A DNA stretch of 64,000 bases from Saprospirales bacterium (GCA_016719895.1 JADJYG010000031.1:130288-194287); one strand, 5' to 3'. Positions 20,836 through 33,200 are shown, numbered from the stretch's first letter. Notes: generated by a model not told the origin, from the letters alone. A program made the numbers and translations.

Positions 20836-21093
20836 ATGGCATACGAAACACAAGCAAATCATACCACTCAGGTCACCGTCCTGATCGCCGGGCGGCCCTA
20901 TCTGCTGCATATCAATAGTGCAGATGAGGCACTCCTACACCGCCTGGCCAAAGAGATAAACGACAAGGTGGCGGCTTTCCAGGCCGGCCAGCCGTCGCGC
21001 GACCTGCAGGATTGTTTCGCCCTTGCCTTGCTGACATACGCCCTTGAATTGCAGCGGACCGCCCAGCGGCCCCAGGCAGTAGCCGCGTATTAA
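20836..21093 (+). CDS. zapA: cell division protein ZapA
   Basis: 85 aa from the ATG at 20836. VTVLIAGRPYLLHINSADEALLHRLAKEINDKV fits the ZapA pattern. Located directly upstream of rny, as in many Bacteroidota. Confidence 0.7.
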   Translation: MAYETQANHTTQVTVLIAGRPYLLHINSADEALLHRLAKEINDKVAAFQAGQPSRDLQDCFALALLTYALELQRTAQRPQAVAAY

Positions 21094-21244
21094 CCGGGCG
21101 CGTTCATCTCGTTTTTACCCGTCTGTTTCATCGTGTTCTCCAGCGTGCAGTTGCTGGCTGGAGAATACTGCTTTATTGAATACCAAGCGAATAAAAAAAC
21201 TCGCTAATGCCATATATGTTTAACAATTAAATGCACAACCCAAT

Positions 21245-22927
21245 ATGGAGCTCGTTATAGGAATCATTATAGGATTGGTCGTCGGCGGTATTGCCGCGTA
21301 TTATTTTGCCAGCCAGACGATAAAAAAATCGAATCAGAAAGCCATCGAGGAGGGGAACCGCCAGGCCGACCTGGCCATTCAGGAAGCCCGGCTCACCGCC
21401 AAACGCATCACCGATGAAGCGGCCGTTCAGGCCGAAAAAATTGTAGGCAGGGCTGAGGCCGAAAACGAACGGATCAAGCAGCAGAAAATTCAGGAGGCCA
21501 AAGAACGCTACACGCAAATGCGCAGCCAGTTTGACAGCGAAAAAGCACAGCACCAGATCAAACTGAAGGAGATGGAGATAGAGGTGGTCAGCCAGCAGAA
21601 AGACCTGCAAACACAGCAGGAACTGTTCCAGGCAAAAGTGGACGAAATAAACGCGCGAAAGGCCGATATCGAAATCAAAGAAGCCGAGATTACCACGTTG
21701 CGGGAAAACCTCGACAAACAGATGAAAATTGTCCAGAAGAAAAAAGAGGAACTCGACGCCGCCAACGAAGAGCGCATCAAAGCGCTGGAAAAGATCGCGC
21801 AACTCAACCAGCAGGACGCCAAAGATCAGCTGCTGGAAGCCGTGCGCGCCAAGAGCGAGAGCGAGGTGATGGCGATCGTGAAAGAGGCGGTCAGCCAGGC
21901 CAAACTAAATGCCAGCAAGGAAGCCAAAAAAATTGTCATCCAAACGATCCAGCGTATGGCCGCCGAGTTTACCATCGAGAATACCGTTTCGGTGTTCAAC
22001 CTGGAAAACGACGACATGAAAGGGCAGATCATCGGCCGCGAAGGCCGCAATATCCGCGCGTTGGAAGCCGCCACCGGGGTGGAGATCATCGTAGACGATA
22101 CGCCGGAAGCAATCGTGATCTCATCGTTCGACCCCATCCGCCGCGAGGTGGCACGCCTGTCGCTCCAACGCCTGGTAGCCGACGGCCGCATCCACCCGGC
22201 GCGTATCGAAGAGGTGGTGGCCAAGGTGCGCAAACAACTGGAAGAGCAGATCATCGAAATCGGCGAACGCACCGTGATCGAGCTCGGCATCCACGGCCTC
22301 AACCCCGCCCTGGTGCGCATGGTGGGCCGCATGCGTTTCCGCTCCTCCTACGGCCAAAACCTGCTCAAACACTCCGTCGAAACGGCCGACCTCTGCGCCA
22401 TCATGGCCGCCGAACTGGGCCTCAACCCCAAGCAGATCAAAATGGCCAAACGCGCCGGCCTGCTGCACGATATCGGCAAAGTAGCCGAAGAAGAAACCGA
22501 ACTGTCGCACGCCCTCGTCGGCATGAAACTCTGCGAACAGTACGGCGAACACCCCGTGATCATCAACGCTGTGGGCGCCCACCACGATGAGATCGAGATG
22601 AACAACATTATCTCGCCGATCATCCAGGCCTGCGACGCCATTTCCGGCGCCCGCCCCGGCGCCCGCCGCGAGATTCTCGAAAACTACCTCAAGCGGATCG
22701 GCGAACTCGAAGACCTCGCCATGGGCTATGAAGGCGTCGCCAAAGCCTTCGCCATGCAAGCCGGCCGCGAACTGCGCGTGATCGTCGAAGCCGACAAGGT
22801 CAGCGACCAGTACGCCGACGACCTGTCGTTTATGATCTCACAAAAAATCCAGGACGAAATGCAGTACCCCGGCCAGATCAAAGTGACGGTCATCCGGGAA
22901 AAACGGGCCGTGGCCTATGCGCGGTAG
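21245..22927 (+). CDS. rny: ribonuclease Y
   Basis: N-terminal TM, long coiled coil, KH domain ([22 protein letters not shown]) and HD domain (GLLHDIGK). Confidence 0.95.
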   Translation: MELVIGIIIGLVVGGIAAYYFASQTIKKSNQKAIEEGNRQADLAIQEARLTAKRITDEAAVQAEKIVGRAEAENERIKQQKIQEAKERYTQMRSQFDSEKAQHQIKLKEMEIEVVSQQKDLQTQQELFQAKVDEINARKADIEIKEAEITTLRENLDKQMKIVQKKKEELDAANEERIKALEKIAQLNQQDAKDQLLEAVRAKSESEVMAIVKEAVSQAKLNASKEAKKIVIQTIQRMAAEFTIENTVSVFNLENDDMKGQIIGREGRNIRALEAATGVEIIVDDTPEAIVISSFDPIRREVARLSLQRLVADGRIHPARIEEVVAKVRKQLEEQIIEIGERTVIELGIHGLNPALVRMVGRMRFRSSYGQNLLKHSVETADLCAIMAAELGLNPKQIKMAKRAGLLHDIGKVAEEETELSHALVGMKLCEQYGEHPVIINAVGAHHDEIEMNNIISPIIQACDAISGARPGARREILENYLKRIGELEDLAMGYEGVAKAFAMQAGRELRVIVEADKVSDQYADDLSFMISQKIQDEMQYPGQIKVTVIREKRAVAYAR

Positions 22928-22962
22928 GATTTCGGGCATGCTGGAGATTTTCAGACAAACGC

Positions 22963-23721
22963 TCAAATCTCCAACAACCGGAACAGCACCGGTTTTGACG
23001 GGCTGGCATCCAGGTCGAACGAGACTGTTTGCAGGTTGAGCAGGTAAAGACCGTCTTTTACCGTGTCCGGCACGTAAATAAGTTCCGTGATGGTGCAGTG
23101 CTTGCGCACAGCGTGCGGGTACTGCCAAAAGGCATGGTGCGCCCGCAACAGGCCGGCGTCTTCTTCCCGGTCCACCGAGGGCAGGTCAAGAAGGAGGTGT
23201 TGAATCCCGCATTCAACTAAAAAACGGGCGGCATCCCAATGCAGGTAGGGCGGATTGGCGCCGGAATAATTCCGCCGCTTTTTCAGGTCGTCATTGGGCA
23301 ACGTGCGCAGCACAAGCGCGCTGGCCTCGTCCTTGCCTAAAACTTCTTCCAACTGGTCGCGAAAAATGACCCGGTCGCCCTCGTCGCCGGAGGGTCTGGG
23401 GTACACGCTGACCAGCTTGGCCGCAAAATGGTGCGCCTGTAAACATTCGGGCAAGACAAACCGTTCGCGGGCAATATGCCCCACGCATTCCGTATGGGTG
23501 CCATTGCCGTGCGGATTGAACCGGACATTAAAAAAATTGACCGGGCCGCCCCGGGCCGTGCTGCCGACAAAGCTGTCCATTACCACCGGACTAAATTCCA
23601 CCGGGGGCGCCCAGAAACAATTGGGGTTATCCGGGCCATCGCGCAGGGGAATGGAAATGTCGATGGGTTGCGACAGATCGGCTGTGTATGTTCGATGCCC
23701 TAAGGTCAGGTTGATTTGCAT
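22963..23721 (-). CDS. cyclase-family protein (kynurenine formamidase-like metal hydrolase)
   Basis: 252 aa from the ATG at 23721. Contains a HxGTHxExxxH-type motif (PHGNGTHTECVGH) characteristic of the putative cyclase/arylformamidase family. Confidence 0.65.
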   Translation of the reverse strand: MQINLTLGHRTYTADLSQPIDISIPLRDGPDNPNCFWAPPVEFSPVVMDSFVGSTARGGPVNFFNVRFNPHGNGTHTECVGHIARERFVLPECLQAHHFAAKLVSVYPRPSGDEGDRVIFRDQLEEVLGKDEASALVLRTLPNDDLKKRRNYSGANPPYLHWDAARFLVECGIQHLLLDLPSVDREEDAGLLRAHHAFWQYPHAVRKHCTITELIYVPDTVKDGLYLLNLQTVSFDLDASPSKPVLFRLLEI

Positions 23722-23744
23722 GCAAGAACCGGGTTTTTTTACAT

Positions 23745-26700
23745 CTATTGGACCAGCAGGCGGACGCATGCCGTTTGCATGCCGCTCGTCAGGCGCAGCC
23801 AGTACACCCCCGGCGGAAGACTCGCCAGGTCGATGGTGGTGGAAAACACGCTGTTCAGTTGGGGGTATATCTGCTGTTGGATCAGCCGGCCGGCCGTGTC
23901 GAAAACGTCGGTACGCAGGGGACCTGCCGGCGCTTTGTGCAGGATGAAGTGAAAACGGCCGGCGCTTGGGTTGGGCTGTACGGCCAGGCCCCAGGCTTCA
24001 GCCGGCGCGGCCGTGCCGACAAAATTGACCACAATATTTTCGACAATCGCGATACAACCATTGGCGTCACGCACCCGGACGGCGTATGTAGCATTCGCTA
24101 CACCGGCAAATACCGGCGAAGTCTGGTAAACGATGCCGTCGAGGCTATACTCCAAGGCGCCGGCGCCGCCGGCGGCCGTCACGTAGATGGTGTCGCTGCT
24201 GACGGTTGCCGAGGCGGTCAGCGCAGGCGGGTCAAGCAAGGTAAAAGAATATGGAATAGTGTCGCCGGCAGCGTCCGTTATGAGCAGGGTGTACGATCCG
24301 GCCGTCAGGCTGTCGAGGGCGCAGGGGCCGCTATTTAAGGTGCAGCTGTATGGCGGTGTTCCACCGCTAACCGTGTAGATCAACTGACCGGAGGCCTCCC
24401 CTGCGCACAATGGGTTGCTGCCGGTAGCCTGCACGCTCATCGGAATATAATGCATCACAAATGGGACGGCCTGGACGCAGTCATTTCCGTCCGCTACGGT
24501 CAGCGTATGCGCGCCGTTTGGCAGATCCGTAAAGGCGCTGTTATCTTGCGGCAAACCGCCATCCAGGGTGTATTCGTACGGCGGTACGCCACCCGACACC
24601 TGCACCAGGATATCGTTGGCGGTCTGGACGATGCTGACGTTGAGCGGGTCCGGTTGCGAAAGGGTCAGCTCCTGACTTTGGACTACGGTACCGGCTGCGT
24701 CGAGTACGTAAAAGGCGTACGTCCCGGCGCCGATTGGCCCGAACAGGCTGCCGGGCTGGTACGTACCGCCACCCAGGCTGTAGGTATAGGGCGGTATGCC
24801 GCCGCCGGCGGCGACCTCAATCGAAACGGTTTCGCCGTAGCACAGAATGGCGCCGGCAATGCGCAATTCCAGGATTTCCAGCGGCGGTACGTCTACTACG
24901 GCGCCCACGGTGGCCGTGCAGCCGTTGGCATCGCGAACAGTGACGGTGTAAGGGCCATTGGCCAGGTTTCCGAAGGTAATATCAAATTGAAATTGCTGCC
25001 CGTCGAGGCTGTATTCCAGCGCGCCCGTGCCCCCCGTGGCGGTCACGATAATCGCGTTGAGATTCACCGCCGCGCTGGCTTCGATGACCGGCGGATCGGT
25101 CAGCGCAGCGGCATTGGAGGTGGCCGTATTTCCGGAATCGTCCCGGACGGTCACCGCGAACGTCCCGGCACTCAATCCGGAGAATGTATTACCGGGTTGG
25201 AAAACGGCGCCGTCGAGGCTGTACGTATAGGGCCCGACCCCGCCCGACACACTGGCGGTTACTGCGCCATTCGACCCGCCATGGCAGGCGATGGCGGCGA
25301 TGATGTTGATCTGGACGATCAACTGATCCACCGCCACGGTGGCGGTTGCCGTGCCCGTGCAGCCGTTGGCATCGCGTACGGTAAGAGTATAGAGGCCGTT
25401 GGCAACGTTTTCGAATAGCGGCTCATTTTGGAAAACCAGCCCGTCGAGGCTGTACGCCAGCGGCGCCGTACCGCCGGTCGCCTGGGCTGTGATATCGTCA
25501 GCCAAGACGCTTGCGGCCACGAGAATAGCAGCTGGATTATCGATATTCAGCGTATCGGAGCCCGCCATAAATCCGTTTTGATCGGTCACGGCAACCGAGT
25601 AGACGCCGGCTGCCAGGCCGTCGAATATGTTGCCGGCTTGCGGTGTGCCGCCGTTCAACCGGTAGGAATAAGGCGGCGTTCCACCCGTCACCGTTACGGC
25701 AATCTGAGCGTTGTTGCCGTCGTGACACTGAAGGGCTTGCAGCAGTTGAGCGGACACCTCCAGGTCGTTTTGCAGGATGATGATACTAAACGTTTGGCCG
25801 TGAAGCCATCCGTTGGTACTGAGGTCGGCAACATCGAACAGGAACGTATCGGCAATAGCAGGGGTGCCATTATGGGTGTAGCTGACCCGCCCGGCGAGGA
25901 TGTCTGCCTGGGTAAAAACGCCGCCGGGTTCCAGGTTAGCGTTGTCGAGTTGGAGCGTACCGTGTTGAGGTAGCGACAGCAGGGTAAACATGCCGTCGTC
26001 AGCATTGGCGCTGGCAATATTCAACATCAGGTTGGCGGCGGTAATATCGGCGGAAGCCCCGCTGGCAACGGTAAGGGGTTGGTTCAGGAGCAGTTCGGTT
26101 GGCGGAATTGTGTCAAAAAAGCAAAAAGAAAGGCTCCAGGCGTTGAGCGCGCCGCCGTCCTCCGGAAAATTATCGGTGATGGAAAGCGTCCAGACGCCCT
26201 GTGCATTGGCAAGGTTAAAGCGGTCGAGGGATTCGACCGGCTGATAGGCGCCGTTGAGCGCCGGCAGGTTGCCGCAGGTATTCTCCAGGTCGGCGGCCGT
26301 TTGTGCGGCTTCGTCGTCCAATTGGAGGCTCAGGTTGTCTCCATTGCAGCCGCTGCTTGTTGCCGGGAACCCGGGCTGGTCCAGCAGCAATGCCGAGGTG
26401 TTGTCGGGGGCTACGAGGGTTGCCACCAAGTCGCCTACCCAGGTATGGTTGACCTGCATGCTGAGGTTGACATCCGCAACAAACCGGTTGGCCGGCACAC
26501 TGATTTCTGAAATTACAGTGGCAACGTTGGCAGTGGGGATCACCACGGGCACATCAGTGCTGTTGAAGGCAAAGGAGCACTCCGGTCGCGCAGTTTGAAA
26601 GGCAAAAACGGCAGAAAAACCACTTTGTGCGCAGGCATTCTCCCCGTTTACGCGCCAATAATATACCGTGGCGGTGTCCAGCCCACTCAAGCCGGTAGCA

Positions 26701-29114
26701 GGGCTGGCGCTTGGCTGATCAAATACGATTGTACCAGCTGCAAAGGAAGGGTTGGTGGCTACCTGTACCTGATATTGCAGGGCATTGGGTACCGCGCTCC
26801 AGCTCAGTGCAGCGTTGGGGATGACACCGGATGCTCCATCGGCCGGGCTGAGCAGCAAGGGTATTTCCGGAGCGCTGTCGAGTACCGCAAGATCAACGAT
26901 ACGGGTGCGCACGATAGCGCCGCTGGCAGCGGTTATGGTAAGCGTGTAAATACCCGGCTGATCGAGACCGTTTAGTTCAATGCCGGCACTGTTTCCGGGT
27001 GTGAGCGGGTTGGGGTTGATCGCAATGCCGGCGCCTGGCGGCGCTCCACTTACGTCGATTGTAACCGGGTCGTTAAACCCGCCTATGCTGCTGGTGGATG
27101 CAGAAAAAGACAACGGTTCGCCAGAACATACTTGTTGGTTGGGGCTGACCGATAAATCCAGCAGGAATGTTGGTGCCGGCGGTATTTCGATCTTGAAATT
27201 TTGATTGGAAATATCAAAGAAAACATTTCCAACGGCCTGTACCATCACCCTGCAGGTGGCGGAAACGGCATTGGGCACATCTACCTGCGCGGCGCCGGTA
27301 TTGGGAACATTGCCAGCCAGCACAGTCGGGTAGGTAAGGCCGCCATCGGTAGACAGCAGGATGCGCACTTGTGCACAACTCACGGGCGCAGCAGTCGTAT
27401 TAGCCACATCCCAGCTGACGGTTTGCGACGATCCGACAAGCCAGGTCACGGCCGTGTTTGGCGCCGTAACGATGAAAGGGCCTGCCGTGCCGGATACCGC
27501 CAGGTTCATGTTATCCTCTGCCGTGCAACCGCCGGTATTTCGGTTGTCGCGCACGGTGACACGAAACGTCATCGCCCGGGCCACCCCGGGCAGCTCTTCC
27601 CAAGTGGGGTCAGTGTTGGCCGCCAGATCGGCCAGGCGTGGGAAATACCGGGTAGGCGAAGCCGTGGGGTCGAAGGAGCGAAACATGGGCCCGTCGGTGT
27701 TGGTAGACAAGGGCGGCATCAGCGCTTGTGCATGGTCCATTTGTTCCCAGCAGTAGGTCAAACTGTCGCCATTGGCATCATTTCCGGTTGCCGTCAACGC
27801 AAAAGGGGTGGATTTGGGGATGGTGTAATTGGCCCCGGCGTCCACGGCCGGCGCATTATTGCCGGTATTGACCTTTAGCGGGCACACATTGCCCTGCCCA
27901 GCTGTTGTATAGGCGCCGATTTCCTGCAAGCTGATCGCATGAAAATAGGCGTCGCTATTGGGTTGTACATTGGGCGAACAGACGCCCGCATAAGCCATGA
28001 TAGTGGAGCCGCTGCCTGGTTCGAAGGCCGTACCGGGGTTGATATTTCCGCTACAACTGTTATTGAAGCAGTGGTTTGCGCCAAATTGATGGCCCATCTC
28101 GTGCGCCACATAGTCCACGTCGAAGGGGTCGCCGACGGGTTGGCTAAGGGCGGTGACGCCGCGGGCTTTTACAGAGTTGCCACACACAACGCCCAAGCTG
28201 GCCACACCGCCGCCGCCTACTCCGAACACGTGCCCGATATCGTAATTGGCTGCGCCGACAACGGTATTGCACTTGGTTTGGTTTTGACCGATCATCGACG
28301 AAACATTTCCATTGGTATAGCCATCGGTGGCCGGATCGAGAAATACCAGCACGTTATTATTGGCGAACAGTTGCAAGCTGACGGAGAGGTCGCGTTCGTA
28401 AATACCGTTTACCCGGTTGATGGTGGTATTCATGGCCGCCAGCGCCAAAGGAATAGTGCCGCCATGAAAAGCGGCATATTCGGCCGTACAGGCCAATGCC
28501 AGGCGGTATTGCCGGAACATACAATCGCCCTGTATTTCCGGCGCTTCATTTTTGGCCGGCCCGGACGGTAGTTCCACGATACCATCCACAGCGCAGACAA
28601 ATCCTTTTTTAGGAACAGCCAAATCACTTTTTTTATACACGATGCAATGCTCCGGGCCGTTTTGCCGGTACGGATCAATAAAGACCGGTTCATGCCGGCC
28701 GGAGCGGATCATCGCGTGAAATCCGTGTGGAGTCAGGTCGCATTTGAGCGAGGCGCCCGGGTCGTCGACGCCGACACCGGTGTAACAGCGTATCTCCGGG
28801 TATTGGGCTTGCAGTGCGGGCGCCATAACCGGCGATTCGGTCAGGCGAAAACGCCCCCATCCCCCATCCGGCAGCGGCAGCGGCAGTACGACTTCCTGAT
28901 CGGCAGCGGCGGCTGTAAAACGCATGGGCGCGGCGGAAAGCAGCGTCCGGAGTTGCGCCAGATCGAGTAATACCATGCGATAGCTGCGGGGAGCGGTTTC
29001 CCGTTGGCTGGCCGTAGCGGGTATATTTTGTTCAGAAAGATCGGTCCAAATACCTTGGCTGTACAGCGCGTACCCTTGCAAAAAGAGCAAAATACAGAGG
29101 AGACGATTCAACAT
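23745..29114 (-). CDS. giant secreted zinc metalloprotease (reprolysin/M12B-like) with P-domain, about 10 SprB-like repeats and T9SS type-A CTD
   Basis: Signal peptide; zinc motif HEMGHQFGANH; proprotein-convertase P-domain (VNHTWVGDLVATLVAPD). Tandem roughly 75-aa repeats each contain C.G..NG......GG..PY.YSLDG. C-terminal sorting domain (PNPSAGRFHF...GVYWLRL). Confidence 0.85.
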   Translation of the reverse strand: MLNRLLCILLFLQGYALYSQGIWTDLSEQNIPATASQRETAPRSYRMVLLDLAQLRTLLSAAPMRFTAAAADQEVVLPLPLPDGGWGRFRLTESPVMAPALQAQYPEIRCYTGVGVDDPGASLKCDLTPHGFHAMIRSGRHEPVFIDPYRQNGPEHCIVYKKSDLAVPKKGFVCAVDGIVELPSGPAKNEAPEIQGDCMFRQYRLALACTAEYAAFHGGTIPLALAAMNTTINRVNGIYERDLSVSLQLFANNNVLVFLDPATDGYTNGNVSSMIGQNQTKCNTVVGAANYDIGHVFGVGGGGVASLGVVCGNSVKARGVTALSQPVGDPFDVDYVAHEMGHQFGANHCFNNSCSGNINPGTAFEPGSGSTIMAYAGVCSPNVQPNSDAYFHAISLQEIGAYTTAGQGNVCPLKVNTGNNAPAVDAGANYTIPKSTPFALTATGNDANGDSLTYCWEQMDHAQALMPPLSTNTDGPMFRSFDPTASPTRYFPRLADLAANTDPTWEELPGVARAMTFRVTVRDNRNTGGCTAEDNMNLAVSGTAGPFIVTAPNTAVTWLVGSSQTVSWDVANTTAAPVSCAQVRILLSTDGGLTYPTVLAGNVPNTGAAQVDVPNAVSATCRVMVQAVGNVFFDISNQNFKIEIPPAPTFLLDLSVSPNQQVCSGEPLSFSASTSSIGGFNDPVTIDVSGAPPGAGIAINPNPLTPGNSAGIELNGLDQPGIYTLTITAASGAIVRTRIVDLAVLDSAPEIPLLLSPADGASGVIPNAALSWSAVPNALQYQVQVATNPSFAAGTIVFDQPSASPATGLSGLDTATVYYWRVNGENACAQSGFSAVFAFQTARPECSFAFNSTDVPVVIPTANVATVISEISVPANRFVADVNLSMQVNHTWVGDLVATLVAPDNTSALLLDQPGFPATSSGCNGDNLSLQLDDEAAQTAADLENTCGNLPALNGAYQPVESLDRFNLANAQGVWTLSITDNFPEDGGALNAWSLSFCFFDTIPPTELLLNQPLTVASGASADITAANLMLNIASANADDGMFTLLSLPQHGTLQLDNANLEPGGVFTQADILAGRVSYTHNGTPAIADTFLFDVADLSTNGWLHGQTFSIIILQNDLEVSAQLLQALQCHDGNNAQIAVTVTGGTPPYSYRLNGGTPQAGNIFDGLAAGVYSVAVTDQNGFMAGSDTLNIDNPAAILVAASVLADDITAQATGGTAPLAYSLDGLVFQNEPLFENVANGLYTLTVRDANGCTGTATATVAVDQLIVQINIIAAIACHGGSNGAVTASVSGGVGPYTYSLDGAVFQPGNTFSGLSAGTFAVTVRDDSGNTATSNAAALTDPPVIEASAAVNLNAIIVTATGGTGALEYSLDGQQFQFDITFGNLANGPYTVTVRDANGCTATVGAVVDVPPLEILELRIAGAILCYGETVSIEVAAGGGIPPYTYSLGGGTYQPGSLFGPIGAGTYAFYVLDAAGTVVQSQELTLSQPDPLNVSIVQTANDILVQVSGGVPPYEYTLDGGLPQDNSAFTDLPNGAHTLTVADGNDCVQAVPFVMHYIPMSVQATGSNPLCAGEASGQLIYTVSGGTPPYSCTLNSGPCALDSLTAGSYTLLITDAAGDTIPYSFTLLDPPALTASATVSSDTIYVTAAGGAGALEYSLDGIVYQTSPVFAGVANATYAVRVRDANGCIAIVENIVVNFVGTAAPAEAWGLAVQPNPSAGRFHFILHKAPAGPLRTDVFDTAGRLIQQQIYPQLNSVFSTTIDLASLPPGVYWLRLTSGMQTACVRLLVQ

Positions 29115-29250
29115 ACCGGGTTAGATTTTAGCGGTGGAAGCGGATTTACTGCGAAGGGGAAAGCACGTGGAGACCACAAAAGGCCAAAACGGTTTCATCC
29201 CGAAATATAGCGCCTCTGCGCATTGCTGAAAACGGGGGAATTCAATTTAG

Positions 29251-30021
29251 TCAGCCAGCAACCAAAATATAAAAGAAGTATTCATATTCGTTTGTGGCAA
29301 ATTTGTTGAACGTCGGCGTCCCCTCTGTGGCGGCGAACTGCTTCCCCAGCCGGTGCAGAAACCTCGGCGCCAGCTTCTTTATTAAATATTCCCTTTCGGA
29401 GGAAGACAGTTTTAACGCTTCCACAACACTCGTCGAGATCATTTCGGCCTTAATAAATTTAAGGTTTGCGGCTTCCAGTTTATTGTTTAGTTCTTCCAGT
29501 TCATTTTTATGCCTGAAATCGGAAAAAAGAAAAAATCCCCCAGGGCGCAATACCCGGTATACCTCGCTTAAAAACTTATCTATCCTGGAATAGCGATGGG
29601 AGGATTCGATATTGATCACCACATCGAACGTATGATCCTGAAAAGCCAGGGATTCGGCATTGCCCTGTAAAAACGCGATCCCTTCCTTTGAATAATATTT
29701 ACTGCAAAAATCAATGGCTTTATCGCACAAATCCAACCCGGTTACCGACTTCGGCGATAAATAGCGGTTGATGTAGGACAAGCCGCCGCCGCGCCCGCAG
29801 CCGATTTCCAGAATACTTTTCCCCTTAACATCTACCCCCGTTGCAACATGATCATACAGCTGTGCGGAGTACCGGTTCGCTTCATCCTTTGCGTCCAGGT
29901 TGATTCTGTGGCCGTCTTTCGAATAACCGTAGTTCATAAAGATGACCTCAGAGTTTTTGTCGGCCGTACTGACATACCAATACCAAATCCTGAAAAAGGC
30001 GGAGACTAGTTTTTCTCTCAT
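29251..30021 (-). CDS. class I SAM-dependent methyltransferase
   Basis: Motif I ILEIGCGRGGGLSY, followed by motif II/III spacing (FDVVINIES, LRPGGFF). Confidence 0.8.
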   Translation of the reverse strand: MREKLVSAFFRIWYWYVSTADKNSEVIFMNYGYSKDGHRINLDAKDEANRYSAQLYDHVATGVDVKGKSILEIGCGRGGGLSYINRYLSPKSVTGLDLCDKAIDFCSKYYSKEGIAFLQGNAESLAFQDHTFDVVINIESSHRYSRIDKFLSEVYRVLRPGGFFLFSDFRHKNELEELNNKLEAANLKFIKAEMISTSVVEALKLSSSEREYLIKKLAPRFLHRLGKQFAATEGTPTFNKFATNEYEYFFYILVAG

Positions 30022-30243
30022 GTCCTGAAAATTATAAATCGTTTACCTGTAAAAAAACTGTTCAATAAAAACCAGGCACAATTGGAAGGCCCAAGAGTCG
30101 GTTGCAGATTCTTGTCAAGGGGATTGTTCAAAATGAACGCAGCGAAATAGGAAAGATCCGGTAGCTGGCATAAAGATTAAAAAAAAGGGATGGAGAACCC
30201 GCTGGAACTCCCCCTTTTTCGATAAAATATTTTTGCCCCATGC

Positions 30244-33200
30244 TCACCGCAACACGGTAACGTCTCCCCTTCGGTATTTCCGCTCGTCGCCGTTGCACAA
30301 CACTTCCAGTAGCCACAGGTAGACATCTGAGGGGGCGGGTTCGCCGAAGGTGGTGCCGTCCCAGGCTGCATTCGGGCCCGAAGCATCGTACACCTTTTGG
30401 CCCCAGCGGTTGTAGATGGTCAGCCGGGCAATCACTTCCACGCCTTCGTAGGGCACTACGGTAAAGGTATCGTTTACCTTGTCGCCATCGGGTGTGAACA
30501 CATTGGGGATGCGGATACGCGCGGGGTCGCAAGGCGGGAAAGGCGCTACCCGGTATATCAGGGTGTCCTTGCAGCCGTCGCCCGTGCGCAGCGCCAGTGT
30601 GTATTCCATGGTATCCGGTGGCGACGCGAAGGGGCTCTGGCAGGTCGTGCAGCTGAGGTATTCGGCTGGTGCCCAAAGATAACTGGCATACCCGTCGGGT
30701 CCGGGGAGCTGGACCGAACCGCCCAAAACGAAGTAGAATGTGTCGGGGTCCGGAAGCTCGGGTACCATAAATGTCGACAGCACGATGCAGTGCGTACTGT
30801 CGCAACCAAGGCTGGATTCGAAGGTCTCGCAATAGACGCCGGCTTCGGTCACCGGCTTGCCAAATATCAGCAGGGTATCCGCAACGCACTTGCTGATGGC
30901 CTCTTCCGTATTCGGCACCACTTCCAGCCGGAGGTACACCAAGGTATCACAACCGGTTGTTATAGCGGGCCGGATATCCGAATACAAGCCGGGAGTCTCC
31001 GTCAGGGCGCCAAAAATATCGACCGGCGTGCCCTGGCAGGTGCGCAGGACGCCCAGATCGAGCGTATCCGCGGGCAGTACCGCCACCGTGAGCGAGTCGG
31101 TGAGCGTGCAACCGGCTGCATTGGTGGCTGTCACGAAGTAGGTGGCGCCCTGGGCCGGCTGCAGGATCTGTACCGGCGCATTGGGGTTGCTGATGCCGGG
31201 GCCTTGCCAATTCCAGGATAGGGCCGGGGTGGTTTGCAGGGTGATCGTTTCGTTCCGGCAAATCGCCGGCTCCACCGGCTGCAAAACCGGGGCATCGTTG
31301 ATCTGCACGTCGTAGTGGTAGGTCACCAGGCAAGAGGGCCCCTGATCGGCCAAAGTGAGCTGGTACAATCCGGCAGCCATTGGTTCGAAGGCAAATGCCG
31401 AACAGCCGGTGCAGGGCAGGCCGGGCACGCCCGACCAGGCGTAACTGTGCCCCGCTGCAGTGGGCAGCCCCAGCGGTACCGGCTCGCCCAGGCAGCGCTC
31501 CAGCAGCGCGAACAACACGGTATTTACCGAAACCGGGATGGCGCTGACCGGACAAACGCAGTTTAGTTTGGTCGGCAACACCACCAGCAGGTGGCACAAG
31601 CTATCGGGTGCAGGCAGGCCGTTCAACGGGATGCTCAACATTCCGCCGGGTTCCAGTATGGCATTCAGGTCGCCGACGGTGTACAACAATTCGTCGCCGG
31701 CGTCGTGTTTGCCGTTGAGGTTGACGTCGTAAAAGAACTGCAGGATATCGATTTCAAACGGCGCCAGTGCGTTGCTATTGGCCACGGTTACGGTATAATT
31801 GACTTTGCCGTCGGGCTGGATACTTAGCGTGGCCCCGGTGAGCGCGACGCCGGCGGCGGGCGGCGGAAACTGGTAGCTGTTTTCCCCGGTAATGACATAC
31901 ACCTTGCAATCGGCCTGTATGGCCGGGCAATACGCAACAGTCTGTTGCCGGGCTTGCATTCGCAAAACGGCGGCTTCGCAAGCCGGGGCAGCGGGCGTTG
32001 TGACGGCAAACGTAAAGGTAATTACAGAACCGGCGGACAGGCCGGCGGGCATCGGCCATCGCAAGCCGGCCGGGCTCAGCGCCGGCTGCCCGGCGGGTGC
32101 ATGGACGCCGGGTTGGTAAGAGCCGGAAACATAAGAAAACCCCGGTGGAAGCAGGGCATAGATGCTGTCGCCGGACAGGGCCGGTCCCGTTGTGAAAAGT
32201 GTGACCGCTATCGTGCGTTCAGTGGCGCAGGGCGACAGGCCGGCAGTCCCTTGTTCGGCGATGATTACCTGGAGGGTGTAAGTTGGCGCCAAACCTTCCA
32301 CCAGAATGGGATCGCTGGCTTTGCGCAGGGTATTGGTCGGCCGGCCGCACGACCACTCCGCCCGGGCGCCGAAGATCAGTTGGGCATAGGAAACGACACC
32401 ACACGCCGCGATGACCTTGAACCGGATTTGCAGGGCGTTTTTGGTCAGTTGAAAGGCGCCGGGCAAGCTGTTGGCCTCCAACAAGCCGGCCAGGTTCCAT
32501 TCCAACAAATTATTCCCGGCGGGTATGGGGTCGGGAATGTCGATAAAAGCGCTGTCCACCGGGTAAGCCATCTGGCAGGAGCCGGACAGGAGTTGAAGCC
32601 CTGCCGGCAATTCTATGTTCACAACGGGCTCATACGCATGACCGAAGTCGGCATTGGAGAGTTCCAGGATAAAATAATCGGAGGTATCGCAGAGGGGGAC
32701 GTTGACCGGGAAATCTTTCAGTTCCAGTTCGATTTCCGGATTCAGCGGCTGGAAAAGCAGGACCAGGGTATCCTGCGCGCAGGAGGCCGGGCCCGATTGA
32801 AGGTGGGGCTGGCAATCCCAGCCGTAAATGATGCGCAACTGCTGGGGGTCGCAAGTAGTGTTGACACCGTTGATTTGCAAGCTGTTGGTTCCGAGTATGG
32901 GCAGGTTGCCCAGTTGATAAATGCCGTCGACCGCTGCAATGGCCGTACTGCTTCCACCTGCGGTTATGGTCAGGCCACTCAGGCCGCCTTCGGGGTTGAG
33001 CAGCTGTATCCAGTAATTCGGGGCGGTAACGGGCGCCAGGTTTTGCAGTAAAATATCCACGGAAACGGAATCAGTCGGAAAATTCAGCGTCAGTTCATCG
33101 GTCGTGAGGGTATCCTTGGCGTGGTTGCTGAAAAAGCCAATTTTGCTTTCCAACACATACACCAGCGAATCGGATTTTATCATACAACCCGGGAAATCCA

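Noticed and set aside
21094-21244. Possible 6S RNA (ssrS) or other sRNA downstream of zapA, by analogy with the zapA-ssrS linkage in other phyla. A 9-bp hairpin lies at 21136-21165.
   Set aside because: The gap is only 150 nt. I cannot recognise the 6S closed-stem and central-bubble architecture by eye. The hairpin is adequately explained as a weak zapA terminator. A covariance-model search would be needed.
30128-30889. 253-aa ORF overlapping the 3' end of the giant adhesin gene in another frame, and similar internal ORFs such as 30947..31597 and 31945..33051.
   Set aside because: These are alternative-frame or antisense ORFs inside a gene with a clear type-B sorting domain. Their compositions are R/P/G-rich and non-protein-like.
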